This document shows, piece after piece, positions 18,120 to 31,543 of a stretch of 64,000 bases of DNA. Position 1 is the stretch's first letter. Each line of letters starts with the position of its first letter. The notes beneath the pieces are model-generated. The model did not search any database, was not told the origin of the DNA, and worked only from the letters and a program-made list of their open reading frames with translations. This DNA is from the human T2T-CHM13v2.0 reference genome, Homo sapiens. The stretch is taken from NCBI RefSeq assembly GCF_009914755.1, contig NC_060947.1, one strand, 5' to 3'. The translations under genes were made by a program, and so were the position numbers.

Positions 18120-18732
18120 GTGTTAAGCAGAGTGTGCCCCCAAAGATAATCATGGATGAATTCCTGGAGTCTGTGGATATATTAAGTTATATGGAAAAAC
18201 AAACTTTGTAGATATAATTAAAGTTATTATTCAGTGGTCTTAAAATGAGAAGATTATGCTGGATTATGTGGATGGGCCAAAATGAACCCTTAAAATCAGA
18301 TAACTCTCTCTGGACAAAGTTGCAGTAAAATGGAAAGCTAGAGAGTTTCAAAGCACGAACAAGAATCCAACGTTACTGGTTTGATTATGGAGGAATCTGC
18401 ATGATGAAGAATATCGGTGGCCTTAAGGAGCCAAGATAGGCTCCTAGCAGACATCAGAAAGGAAACAGAGACTTCAGCCCCATAGCTGCAAGGAACCAAA
18501 TTCTGTAAAACAAATTGAATGATCTTGGAAGCAAATTATTCCTTAGAGCTTCCAGAAATGAGTACGTTCTAGCTGACACCTGGATTTTGGTCTGAGAGAC
18601 TCTAAGCAAAGGATCCAACTGGGACACACTGTACCTGGACTTCTGACCTATGGAACTGTCAGATAAAATTGTGATGCTTTAAGCTGCTAAATTAGTAGTA
18701 ACTTGATACGGCAACAGTAGAAAGCTAATATG
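18120..18732 (+). mobile_element. MaLR LTR (MLT1E-like)
   Basis: CCCCCAAAGAT...AAGGAAACAGAGACTTCAGCCCCATAGCTGCAAGGAAC...GGACTTCTGACC...GCAACAGTAGAAAGCTAATA. Confidence 0.75.
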
Positions 18733-19439
18733 ACAGCTTTTTATAATAAAAGTAGTTAAATATAAGCATGTGTGTGTTTGTGAATGTGCATATGTATGTG
18801 TACATTCATTCATAGGTGTGCATTACACTTTGACAAATAATGTATTCCAAAAAATATTTTTCATGTAATTTATTCTTAGTAGAGCATTCTAAAAGGTAAT
18901 ATAATAGTCTTGTCTGAAATATGCAAACGGTGAAGCTTAGATGTGGAGACAATCTATGCTTTTAAAATTACCAGTAGCTTTCTGATCCTTCTTTTGGTAA
19001 GAATGCTTTTTATTTTGGGAAAATTCATGTATAGACACACACACAAACACATGATGCTTTAATGAGTTTTATATTACGCAAGTGAAAATGAAAATCATAC
19101 TCCATAATGGACGCTTTGCCAAATAATGGAGAAGGTTGATATACTCAGAATTAGTTGTTTGTTTGTTTCTACCTGAGTAAATTCTGAAAATATTGAAAGG
19201 AGGCGTGGGGAAAAACTGATTCATTTCTTATGTCAAAACCACAGCACGAATTGGAACCTTTCATACAGATACGTAAGAAATAATAGAAAGTATCCCTAGG
19301 GCCTCTGCAACATATAATCTAGCTGGGGAATTAAGCAAGAGGCTGTTTACATGAGAATATCTGTTGAAGTGACACGGTCAATGAATACTAGGAGCTATTA
19401 CGGCTGGTACTCAATTTTTAATTGCTTACTGACTTAATG

Positions 19440-19790
19440 TAACTTATATTTTTGAACACTATTATGTATTAAACACTGTTCTAAGTACTAGAAGTGTATA
19501 AGTAAATAAAGATCTGTGCTTTCATCATGCTTCTATACTTGAACAAAGATTGTATGACAAACAAAAAATATCATTAATGAGTAAATTATATAGCATGATA
19601 GAAGATCATAAGTGATATAAAAAATAAAATGTAGAGTAAAGGGGTTTGGGAGTGCCAAAGGCAAGACTCTTTTCCAAGATACTTACAATGACTAATTGTC
19701 TCATCTTCTTCAAATATTTGCCCAAATGTCACATCATCAGTAAAACCTTCCCTATCTGCCACATTTAAAATTGCAACTTTTGTATCCCCA
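19440..19790. mobile_element. L2 fragments
   Basis: TTGAACACTATTATGTATTAAACACTGTTCTAAGTACTAG and CAAATGTCACATCATCAGTAAAACCTTCCCT resemble L2 3' sequences. Confidence 0.55.
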
Positions 19791-20870
19791 AACAAATTAC
19801 TGAGACAAGTGGATGAAATTTACTGATTGGTTTGATTCCTCTTCTAAAGCTCAGGTGAGTCTACTTTCTTTCAAGTGCATTAGCTATGTTGGACAGGGAT
19901 GCATACCTACTGAAACCCAGGATATTATTACTAAGAATTAGGAAGAATGAATGCATGCTGACCAAAACAAGCAAATGTCAACTATTTGAATCTGCAGGGA
20001 AGGAAACAATATAGTTTCCAGCAAGCTGGCTAGTTGATCTAAAGGGTGGATGTTCGGGATACATAAGAATTCCCCAGATATTTTCAGGTATACTTGGTTA
20101 CAGGAAATGGATAAAATACGGGAATTTATTTCAGGAATAAAATGTCCTTTTTGTACAAAAGGGGAAAATTCACCAAAGTCTACAAAATTTGGATAAAATC
20201 GGGGACACACTAGTTTTCACACTATCCATAAAAAGTCCACAATTAAGTAAAATGTAAATGTTATGTATATCAGTTATACAAAATAATATATATTATATAT
20301 AATACATATATGAATTATCTAGATACTGACAAGATCAACTGCTTTTATTAATGGTTGTACAGACCATTTTATATAATTTTGAGTAAACTAGTTGGTTTAT
20401 TTAGCTCTATCTGCAAAAATTGTCAAGAATATTCTCTCAGTTATCAACAGGTAATATCTGAAATATATCAAGTGAAACATCAAGAAAAGAATTGTTACTT
20501 TTTAAATTCTGTAAATTTGGGAAAAGGGCATCTGTTGTGTGCTATTGAGATACACAGGCAATTAGTGTGCAGGAATTTATTCTATATGTATATAAATATA
20601 TATATCGTTTGCATTGGTTTGGCATATCCTCAAGATGATGCAGGCACTTGTCCGTTGATCTACATGCTAATCTGTGATTGTAGGAGCAAAAGAAAAAAGT
20701 AAATGGCCTGCAGCACTTGAGATGATCAGTTGAGTGGCCATTACGGGTTTTATTTGGTCCATTTTGTGGAGGTAATTTTACCTTGATGCAGCAGTAAGTC
20801 AGTTAACTATAAGTCAAGGATTCTCAAACTAGAGGGATTGAAAGCCTTTAAATTTTCTGCTAACTGCGAA

Positions 20871-20874
<4 letters not shown>

Positions 20875-20911
<37 letters not shown>
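20875..20911. repeat. (TG)n microsatellite, ~18 units
   Basis: Directly visible. Confidence 0.97.
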
Positions 20912-20913
<2 letters not shown>

Positions 20914-21933
20914 GTATGTTTGCGTGGGTATGCCTGAGCATGTATTTATGGATAGGCATTATTTGGAGGGAAAAAGGGCCTATGTCTTTTATTAGGTTTT
21001 CATAATTCCAAATTAGGTTAAAAACACTGCTTTATAATCTATGAGAAACAAACAAAAAAGCTTTTTAGTTTCTCAATCACCAAAACTATATTCTTGTGAC
21101 ACAGAAGTTATCCTTAATCAACAGCTACCACTGTTCAATGTGGTAGAGTTGGTATTTGAAGTACAGTCTATCAAAAAGTTCATGTTTATTTTTCCCAACT
21201 ATGCCATGGGGTTTCCCCACAGAAATAAAACAATGTCAGTATATACGAAAACATCTATTCACAGAATCCACTATCTATACTACTTTATTACAAATATAGG
21301 AGGTCAGATGAATAAAACAAATATATTTAACCAGAAAAAAAATATGTGTAGCTGGAAAAAGAAAACTGACCACATTTATAATTATTTTGAAATATAATGA
21401 AATAAATTATTGTATTATTTCAAAATTTAATATAGCAGGGTAAGAAAAGTGTCTGTGTATGTGTGCTGGTAGGTACCGGAAGAGTGCATGAAGCAGAGGA
21501 AGTCAGAATTCAAGCAGAGTTATGATGCCAGTGTCCAGAGTTAGAATGCAAATGGCTGGTCTGGCACTTGGTGTCAGATCCAAAGTAGTGTAAGAAGAGC
21601 ATCCACACCAACAAGTAAGCAAGCAGCTGAATATAGGATGTTGGAGCCTGAGAGGGGTAAGAAAGGTATCAGTGTAGAGGAAGAGGTGGTGGTAGTAATG
21701 GGTAAATAGTTACATACCAGGGGATTAATCAAGTATATATTAAGGGTAATGGGGGTTAGGTTTCTCACTTTCCTGAGACAAGACTTGCAAATATGGGAAA
21801 AGAGAAAACTAGATGAAGTCTGTTTTGTTGGAATGTAATTGGAGGTATTGCAGGCATTACCCATGGTTTTCAATGTTTAAACAATCGTGCATCCATTGAG
21901 AACAATGCAGCATTACATTGGGGCTATTTTTGC

Positions 21934-22921
21934 TATGGTAGTCAGAATTCCACCACGACCCTCAATGAATCACTCCCTTATACAATACCTCCCCGACTGT
22001 GGGCAGAACCTGTATATATGATAGCATATCACCCCCTTGAATAAATTTAGATTATATCATATAACAAGGTGAAGAAATTTTATAGGTGTAATTAAAGTCA
22101 CAAATCCATTGGCTTTAAGGTAATAAAAGTAAGGTTATTCTTTGTGGGTTTGACCCAATTATTGTATTATTGGCTGAATTGTTTCCCATCAGAATTCATA
22201 TATTGAAGTATGAAACCCCAGTACCTCAGAATGTGGCTGTATTTAGTAATAGGGACTTTTAAAAGGTAATTAAGATAAATGAGGCCATTAAAATTGGGCC
22301 CTAGTCCAACCGGATTGGTATGCTTATAAGAAAAGGGATTAGGACATACAGAAAGATGCCAGTGATGCATTTGTGCACAGAGAAAAGACCGTTTGATGAA
22401 ACAGTGAGAAGGTAGCCATCTGTAAGCCAAGGAGAGAGGCATCAGAAGAAACCAATCTTGACAATTCCTCTTGGACTTTTAGCTTCCAAGACCATGAGAA
22501 ATAAATTTTTATTAAGCCTATTAGTCTATGATATTTTGCTATGGCAGCCCTAACAAACTAATACACCTTTAAAAAAAGGTCTAGGGATGAGACTCAAAGC
22601 AACAATAGGTGCTTTTCTGATAATCTTGAAAAACCATGTTATGGAAAGAGTCATGGGCAAGTTACGAAAGGCAGCCTTCAGGAGTTTAAGAGTTCAGGTT
22701 AACAGCAGCAAGGAAATATGTTCAGCCAACAACCAGTGCAATTGGAAGAGAACTCTGAGCTTAAAATATAGCCCTGACACCTCAATTTCAATCCGGTGAG
22801 ACACTGAGCAGGTAAGCCTTGCTTAAAATTTGAAACCATGGAAATTATAAGAAAATAAATATACATTGTTTCAAGCCATTGCTTGTATTGATGTGTTATG
22901 CAGCAATAGAAAAGTAATACA
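21934..22921 (+). mobile_element. MLT1E/F-like LTR split by a second MLT1 LTR
   Basis: TATGGTAGTCAGAATT...CCCTTATACAATACC 5' part; 3' end GTTATGCAGCAATAGAAAAGTAATACA. Confidence 0.65.
22163..22566 (+). mobile_element. MLT1A/B-like LTR nested in the MLT1E/F LTR
   Basis: GCTGAATTGTTTCCC...CCCCAGTACCTCAGAATGTGGCTGTATTT...ATGGCAGCCCTAACAAACTAATACA. Confidence 0.8.
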
Positions 22922-24021
22922 ACCGCCAAAGATACATGACAGAAATCTAATAAAAAACCAAACTGAGTAGCACTGTACAAAATAACTACCTATATTTTTT
23001 CATAATGTCAAAGGCATAAAAGTAAAAGAAACACAAAATGAATCTTCCCAGCTCAAAGAGTCTAAACCGACATGAGAAACAAATACAATATGAGCTTCTG
23101 AAATGGTACGTTTTGTGTTAAAAAACATTATTGAGACACTTGTTGAAATTTGATTGTGGTTTGAGGATTACATGATAGTGAAGCATCTATGTTAATTTCT
23201 TGATTTTGATGATTGCATTTTGGTTTTGTTGGGGAATTTTTTTTAAACATGGAGAAAACTAAAAGGGCTATAACAGGTTAGTGAATTATCAATTTGTTTG
23301 GAAATATAGTATTTATACTATACCTGCAAATTTTCTGTACATTTGAGATTGTTTTAAAATTAAAAATATACATACTGAAAAAATTTCTATTTTTTCATTA
23401 AAATTATGTCACAGTTAGAATTTATGAGGAAATATGTATCAAGACCAAATCTATGTGAATTGAAATAAGTTTAAGAATACCAAAAAATTAAAGTTTCACT
23501 TTTGGAATGGCAGTGCAAAACACAGTGAACCCATTTCCCCAGAAAACAAGCATAACTGGTAAAAATTATTTTTAAAACCACATAATTTAAAAAATTTTAG
23601 TATTACTCAAAAAATACTAAAACTCAGTAACAGCAGTGAGAAGTTGTTGCATTTGAACTATAACCTATACCCTCGCTCCTGCTCCTAGCCCATTGTGATG
23701 GGAGCCACGCTCCAGGAAGGTGCAGCTAAGGACATAGGACCCCCTCCCCCTCCATTTAGCAGTGGAGTGTTATGATATCTTCCATGAGGGAGCAGAACTC
23801 AGCATTTTTTGCCCCTTTCAGCTATATAAGAAATTCCAGGGGAAAATGAAATTCCAGGTCAAAAAAGGAAGCCCCAACTTCCATGAAGCACTAGCTTAGA
23901 ATTTTGCTTCTGCCAACACATAACTGAGGGAGAAGAGAAACACTAAGGTTCTTCTCCTCAAGGGAAGAATCACCAAAGGAGATAGCTAAAAAGAGCTCCT
24001 TTGGGATCAGAACAATCATCA

Positions 24022-24506
<485 letters not shown>

Positions 24507-26213
24507 TCAGTGAAAGAGACAGTCAAAGAGAACCCTGATGAAGCCATTGCCATTCCATGGTGACTGTGGTCACACCCAAGGCTGAGCCTTCTTAGGAACA
24601 ATATTAAGGGCTTTTTATTGGATGTGGAGATAATATACCTCAATAAATTAGTACGCCAATCAATTAAAAAATAAACAAACAACAACAACAGCCTTTGGGA
24701 AATCAGTTATCCAGCATTTCCACAAAGTGCTATCTAAAATGTCCAGTTTTCAAAAAAATTATGAGGCATGCAGAGAAACAGGAAAGTTTGACTCATACAC
24801 AGAATAAAATAAGGAAACAGGCCTGTCATTAGAAGTGGTCCTTAAGAAATGCTCAAAAGAGACTTTCATGTTGGAAATAAAAATACACTAGACAGTAACT
24901 TGTAGCCATATGAAGCTATAAAGATCTCCGGTAATATATATACAGTGGCAAATATAAAAAGCAGTAGTACTATAATTTTGGTTTGAAATTCTACTTTATT
25001 TGCAAATAATTTAAAGGTAGACACAGAAATAAATATAAATATATGATAATGAATACATAACGTATAAAGATATATTTGTAACAGCGACATAAAAATGAGA
25101 TAGAGCTGTTTAAGAGTAGACTGTATGCATTTTGAGTTAATTTGGTATCATTTCAAAATAGAGTGTTATAATTTTAGAATATTATTTTTAATCCTCAGGG
25201 TAACTACAAATAAAGAATACATGAACATTAACACAAGCTGACAGAAATTAAGCTATCTGAGAAACAGAAAGAAAATTAATGAAGAAAAATTAACAGAGCC
25301 TAAGAAAAATGGAGATATAATTAAGGGTCCCAACATTGGTAAAATGAGACTGTTAGAGAGCAGAGAAAGGAGCAAAAATAGACTTTAAAAAATAAGGGTT
25401 AAGTACTTCCCTAATTTGTTGAAAAAAGTTAATCTTTACATCCAAGAAGCTGAACAAAATCTAAGTAGAATAAACAGAAAGAGATTCACACCTAGCTATA
25501 TTATGGTAAAAACGCTGAAAGACTAGTCAAAAGACAAAATTTTGAAAGAGGAGAAAAATGACTCGTCACTTATAAAACAATCTTAAGGAAATTGACACTT
25601 CATATTAGAAATGAAGCAGCCCACAGGGCATCGAGATGACATATTCAAATTACTGAAAGAAAAAAAATACGATCAACCAATAATTCTACAATCAGCAATA
25701 CTAGTCTTATAACATTAAATAGAAATAAAAATATTCCTAAAATAGAAAAAAAAACTAATAGAATTTTTGCTAGAAGAGCTACATGTAAGAAATAATAAAG
25801 GAATTTCTTCAGGCTGATAATTTCTCCAGACAATAGTTCAGTTACACACACACACACACACACACGAATATGGATAAAGGCGATTATGTAGTTATACAAG
25901 ACATAATATACACTTCTTCTTTGTTTATTCTCTTAAATGATTTGGCAAGTAATTTTTAAAATAATATATATATATAATTGTGTTGTTGGACCTCTGACAT
26001 ATAGAAATATATTTGCCAAAATCACTACAAACGATGTGAAGAGGTACCAAGCAATACTGAAGGATTATAAGGGAATATTATGAGCGTTATATGCCAATGA
26101 ACTAGATATTGAAGGTAAAATAGACAACTAGCTACGATAGAAAGATACTAATTCCAAAAGTTAACAAAGAAGAAACAGAAAATCTAAATAAATCTTTCAC
26201 TAAAATAGAGAAT

Positions 26214-26245
<32 letters not shown>

Positions 26246-26816
26246 CCCAGCCCCAGGTGGCTCACAGGGGATTTCTAATAAATGTTTAAAGAAAAATTGA
26301 TATCAACACTCAAAAACTCTCCTAAAATATAGAAAAGTTTAAACATTTCCCAACTCATTCAATGAGGCCATTTTTACCGTGATGCCAGAAAATAGAAAGC
26401 TACAAACCACTGTCTATTGTGAATTACACATGAAAAAGACCTCAAGAAAAAAAACCAGCAAAATGAATCCATCAACATATAAAATGGATTACACACCATT
26501 GCCAAGCGGGATTTATCTCAGGATTGCAAAGATATTTCAACATGTGAAAACAATTAATCTAATACACCACATACTTTATCATTAGAATAAAGGATATGAA
26601 GTACACGATAATCTCAATAGATGAAATAAAGCATTTGAAAAAAATCCAATACCCTTTCACGAAAAAAAAAAAAAACCACTCAATGAAGTTGAATAGAAGA
26701 AAACATCCTCAATCTGATAAAAAGCATCTACAAAATCTCTCAGCTAACATCATACTTAATAGTCAAAGTCCTAATGTTATCCCACTGAGATGAGGGACAA
26801 AATAAGAATGTCCACT

Positions 26817-27113
26817 TTTTTTTTTTTTTTTGAGATGGAGTCTCGTGCTGTCGCCCAGGCTGGAGTGCAGTGGCACAATCTAGGCTCACTGCAACCTCCA
26901 CCTCCTGGGTTCAAGCAATTCTCCTGCCTCAGCCCCCACTAGTAGCTGGGATTATAGGCGCGTGCCACTACGCCCGGCTAATTTTTGTATTTTTAGTAGA
27001 GACAGGGTTTCCCCAAGTTGGCCAGGCTGGTCTTGAACTCCTGACCTCAGGTGATCTACCTGCCATGGCCTCCCAAATGCTGGGATTACAGGCGTGAGCC
27101 ACCACCCCCCGCC
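26817..27113 (-). mobile_element. Alu (AluSx-like)
   Basis: Full Alu; TSD AAGAATGTCCACT at 26804-26816 and 27114-27126. Confidence 0.97.
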
Positions 27114-27610
27114 AAGAATGTCCACTCTTGACACTTCTTTGAAAAACTTTATTGGAGTTCTTAGCCAGGGAGATTAGGCAATAAATAAATAAATAAATAT
27201 CCATCTTGGAAAGAAAAACATAACCTATCTCTACTTGTAGATAACATCATCTTGTACATAGAAAATACTAAGAATTAATTAAAAACTCATAAATCTAATA
27301 ATCTAATACATTAAGTAATCAAGGAGGCAGGGCACAAGATCTACACACAAATTTCAAATGTATTTCCAAAGACTGGCAATGAAGAATCTGAAAATAAAAG
27401 TAAGAACACAATAATGTATTTCATGGTTTGATTTATATGTGATATACAGTGCAAGCAAACCATAGAGATAAAAATTAGCCAAGTAGTTTCCTAGGGCTCG
27501 GGGGATAGGAGGAAATGCGGAATGACTGCTAGAAAGGATAGGATATCTTTTGGGGATGTGGAAAATGTTATAAAAGTGATTGTGCCGATGGTTGCAAAAC
27601 TCTATGAATA

Positions 27611-27926
27611 CAGTTGTCCCTTGGTACCCATGGGTGCATTGGTTCCAGGACCCCTGCAAATACCAAAATCTCAAATGCCTATGCCCTTTATATAAAATGG
27701 CATAATATTTGCAAATAACACACATCCTCCCATATACTTCAAATTATCTCTAAATTATTTAAAATACTTAATGAAAACTCTACGTAAATAGTTGTTATAC
27801 TGTGTTGTTTTTATTTGTATTATTTTTATTGTCATATAGTTATTATTTATTTTTATTTAAAAATATTTTCAATCTGGGGTTGGTTAAATTGAGGATGTAG
27901 AACCTGTGGACACAGAGATCAAACTG
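27611..27926 (+). mobile_element. MER2 (TcMar-Tigger non-autonomous DNA transposon)
   Basis: TA|CAGTTGTCCCTTGGTACCCATGGG...TTGGTTCCAGGACCCC; inverted terminus CCTGTGGACACAGAGATCAAACTG. Confidence 0.85.
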
Positions 27927-28244
27927 TTTACTAAAAACATTAAACTAAAGTGAGTAACACTTTACGTAGGTAAATTACATGTCACGTGAATTATATCACA
28001 ATTAAGCTATTACAAAAAATAATTTCAAATAACATCTTTATTTCTGAATTGTCTAAAACTTCACTTAATATACAGATGAAACATTATTATTGACATCTTA
28101 GTATTGTTGACTTAGAAATACTATAAAATATCATATTTAAGGTTGTTAAATTGCTATTCTACACTGTGTATGAGCAATTTGTAGTACTAGCAATTTATAT
28201 ATTTTCAAACATTCATCGATGTTATTTAAAAAGCTTTCATGTGC

Positions 28245-28545
28245 TGAAGAAGGGATGAATATGGGAAGAAGGGATGCAAGATCCCGGAAGTATGCCAACA
28301 TATAAAACCCCAAGTCAAAAGGTCAAACAGTACACTTGTCTTGCAAGTCACCCAGTTGGCCCTCTTCTAAGTGTACCTTTCTACCTTTTGTTCCTGTTCT
28401 AAAGCTTTTTAATAAACTTTTATTATTGCCCTAAAACTTACCTCGGTCTCTCCTTCTGCCTTATGTCTTCTTGGTCGAATTATTTATTCTGAGGAGGCAA
28501 GAATTGAGGTTACTGCAGACCCACATGGATTTGCCACCAGTAACA
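28245..28545 (+). mobile_element. ERV1 LTR 3' half (MER50/MER66-like)
   Basis: TATAAAA box, AATAAA, and U5 end TCTGAGGAGGCAAGAATTGAGGTTACTGCAGACCC...GTAACA. Confidence 0.75.
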
Positions 28546-29051
28546 TTAATAGCTATTAAATGATATTGTGTCCAAACATACTATTTGTAACCAGCTTATT
28601 CCAAGGCTTTTGCAGAGGAAAAAAACCTATGTTTAACTGTTGATGTCCCTGTAGTATACTCATAATCAAAATATCACATCTGTTTACTCAAAGTAAACAA
28701 AGACAGAACAGAATAAACCACAACAAACAATAATTTCAGAATAAGTGCCCAATTATTTGGTAAAAAATGAGAACAAAGAAATTTAAAAAGATTGGTTAGG
28801 TATATAATTGTGTTGAAGAAAAACTAAAAGTAGATAAAGCAGGTTTGTTGAAATAGGTTTGAATTAAAGGACAAGATGGGAAAGAGAGGAAGATAATTTA
28901 GTAATTTGCATGAAGAGATATTTACTAAAAGTGACTTGCCATTACACCCTTCAATTTTAGATTCTGATCCACCAAAATATGTTTATGACTCCTTAGGGCC
29001 ATGATGTTGAAAGGACAAGTCCTGTCCATGTGAAAGTTATGTCCTGTATTA

Positions 29052-29935
<884 letters not shown>

Positions 29936-29972
29936 CATATACGTAATATATGTGGCTCAATATTAGCTCCAT

Positions 29973-30841
29973 TGTAAACCAAAAGGTAACAGAGACAGGT
30001 CTCAATCCAGTTTAAAGATTTATTTTGCCAGGTTTAAGGACATGCCCAGAAGAAAAAAAAAAAAACATGGAATCACAAAAATGGTCTGTGTCTTTCTCCA
30101 AAGATGATTTTGGAAGGCTTTGATATTTAACCAGAAAAATTTGGCTGGAGTTTAAAAAAAAAGGAGGGTATGGTAATCCACATGTTACAAGGCAAAAGAA
30201 GCAGGTAGGGGACTAGTCAATTATGTATTCATCTCTTGCTCAGTAGATTGGCATTGAGGGGTGGAGTTGGTGGGACTTCCTGGGCTGGTTCGGGGACTTT
30301 CACAAAAGACCCCTGTGACTCAGGGTTTTGAGTTCTTAACCAATGGAGTGAAGGATTCAAAATTAACCACTCCAAGGGAGGACTGAAAAAAGAACCACTC
30401 TCAATGGACAAAAAGAAAGAAAGGAGAGGGGTTAACACAGGGATATAAGCCCTAGCCACCCAAGCCAGCAACGGCAATCCTTCCAGGTCCCCTTCCACCA
30501 CGTGGAAGCTTTGCTTTCGCTTTGTTCAATAAACTGCGCTGCTGCTCACTCTCCTGGTCCGTGGACTCTTTTTGGGCTGTAACGCTCATGTGAAGGTCTG
30601 CAGCTTCATTCTTCGAAGTTAGCAAGACCACGAACCCATTGGCAGAAAAGCTCCTGACTGAGCACTTTACATAAGATAAGGTGAACATAAAGTAGCTACC
30701 TGTGAAGATATTTAACATTTTATCTGTAGCTATCTGCTTAGGGACCAAAAAAGGCGGTTTCTTGTATCACTCAGCTTTAGCTTTTCTTTTTTCCTTTTGG
30801 CATAGTGAATTGTAGTCCCAAGTTTTAATTTTCCTTTCACA
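29973..30841 (-). mobile_element. MER4A-like ERV1 LTR, split by an LTR12-like element
   Basis: TGTAAACCAAAAGG...GAGACAGGTCTCAAT...TTTATTTTGCCA at one end; ...TTTTCCTTTCACA at the other. Confidence 0.8.
30255..30661 (+). mobile_element. LTR12/LTR30-like (HERV9 clade) short solo LTR
   Basis: CCAGCAACGGCAA...GGTCCCCTTCCAC...GGAAGCTTTG...CAATAAA...GAAGGTCTGCAGCTTCA...AGACCACGAACCCA matches the LTR12-type R/U5. Confidence 0.75.
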
Positions 30842-30844
30842 TTT

Positions 30845-31543
30845 TGTCAATACCCTAGGGGTTCTTCCCACCCACTGCATAAAGAAAGACCACAGCATTG
30901 TAGTAGAGGAGGAGTGTAATAGACATGAGGCCTGCCACACCATGTGGGCTATGGTTTGCACTCAAATCATCTAGTCCAAAGCTAGTAGGTTAAAGGGTTT
31001 TCAAAGGAAGTTTGAGGGGAGGAGTGGGGGTGGCTAGGTAACAGGTGCTTGCTGCTGATTGGCTGAAGCAGAGATGAACTGACGGGGTCAAAGCTGTCCT
31101 CTTGTGGGCTAAATTGCTTCTGGGTGGGGCCATGGGAGCTGGGGTTTGTGGTCCAGGTGGAGGCATGGGTGTCAGACATGCAAAAAAACCTGGAAAGATA
31201 TCTCAAATGGCCAATCTACAATAGTAGTGTTACTTGCAGGAGTAACTGGGGAAGTTGTATATCCTATAACCTCTGGAATAATGGGTAACAATCTATGTCT
31301 GCACATTAGCGAGACTCAGGCTCCTCTCCTCCCCTGAGCCTGATGGTTTCCCATTAGCTTTACAAAAGTAGTTGAGTTTGGGGCAAGGCCTATTATCATT
31401 TAAACTGTAGCCTAAACGCCTTCCAAAGTTAGCTTGGCCCAGTAGCTGAGGAATAATTAAAGGAAAGGCAAGATAGAGGTTGAGTCAGCTTAGTTTACTG
31501 TTATATTTTGCTCACAGATATAACTCTTGTAAAGGCAGTTTCA
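30845..31543 (-). mobile_element. MER4-group LTR (LTR8/LTR49/LTR51-like), 3' LTR of a minus-strand provirus
   Basis: Minus strand starts TGAAACTGCCTTTACAA and is immediately preceded by the purine tract AAAGAAGGGGAT (PPT). Confidence 0.75.

Larger units (their letters stand above)
21430..23375 (+). mobile_element. L1MC-type 3'UTR fragments, interrupted by nested MLT1 LTRs
   Basis: GCAAATATGGGAAAAGAGAAAACTAGATGAAG...GGAGGTATTG and ATGTTAATTTCTTGATTTTGATGATTG resemble L1MC 3' ends. Confidence 0.6.

Noticed and set aside
20355-21397. 115-aa and 118-aa ORFs in non-repeat sequence
   Set aside because: Low-complexity AT-rich translations with no recognisable domain or exon structure; expected by chance.
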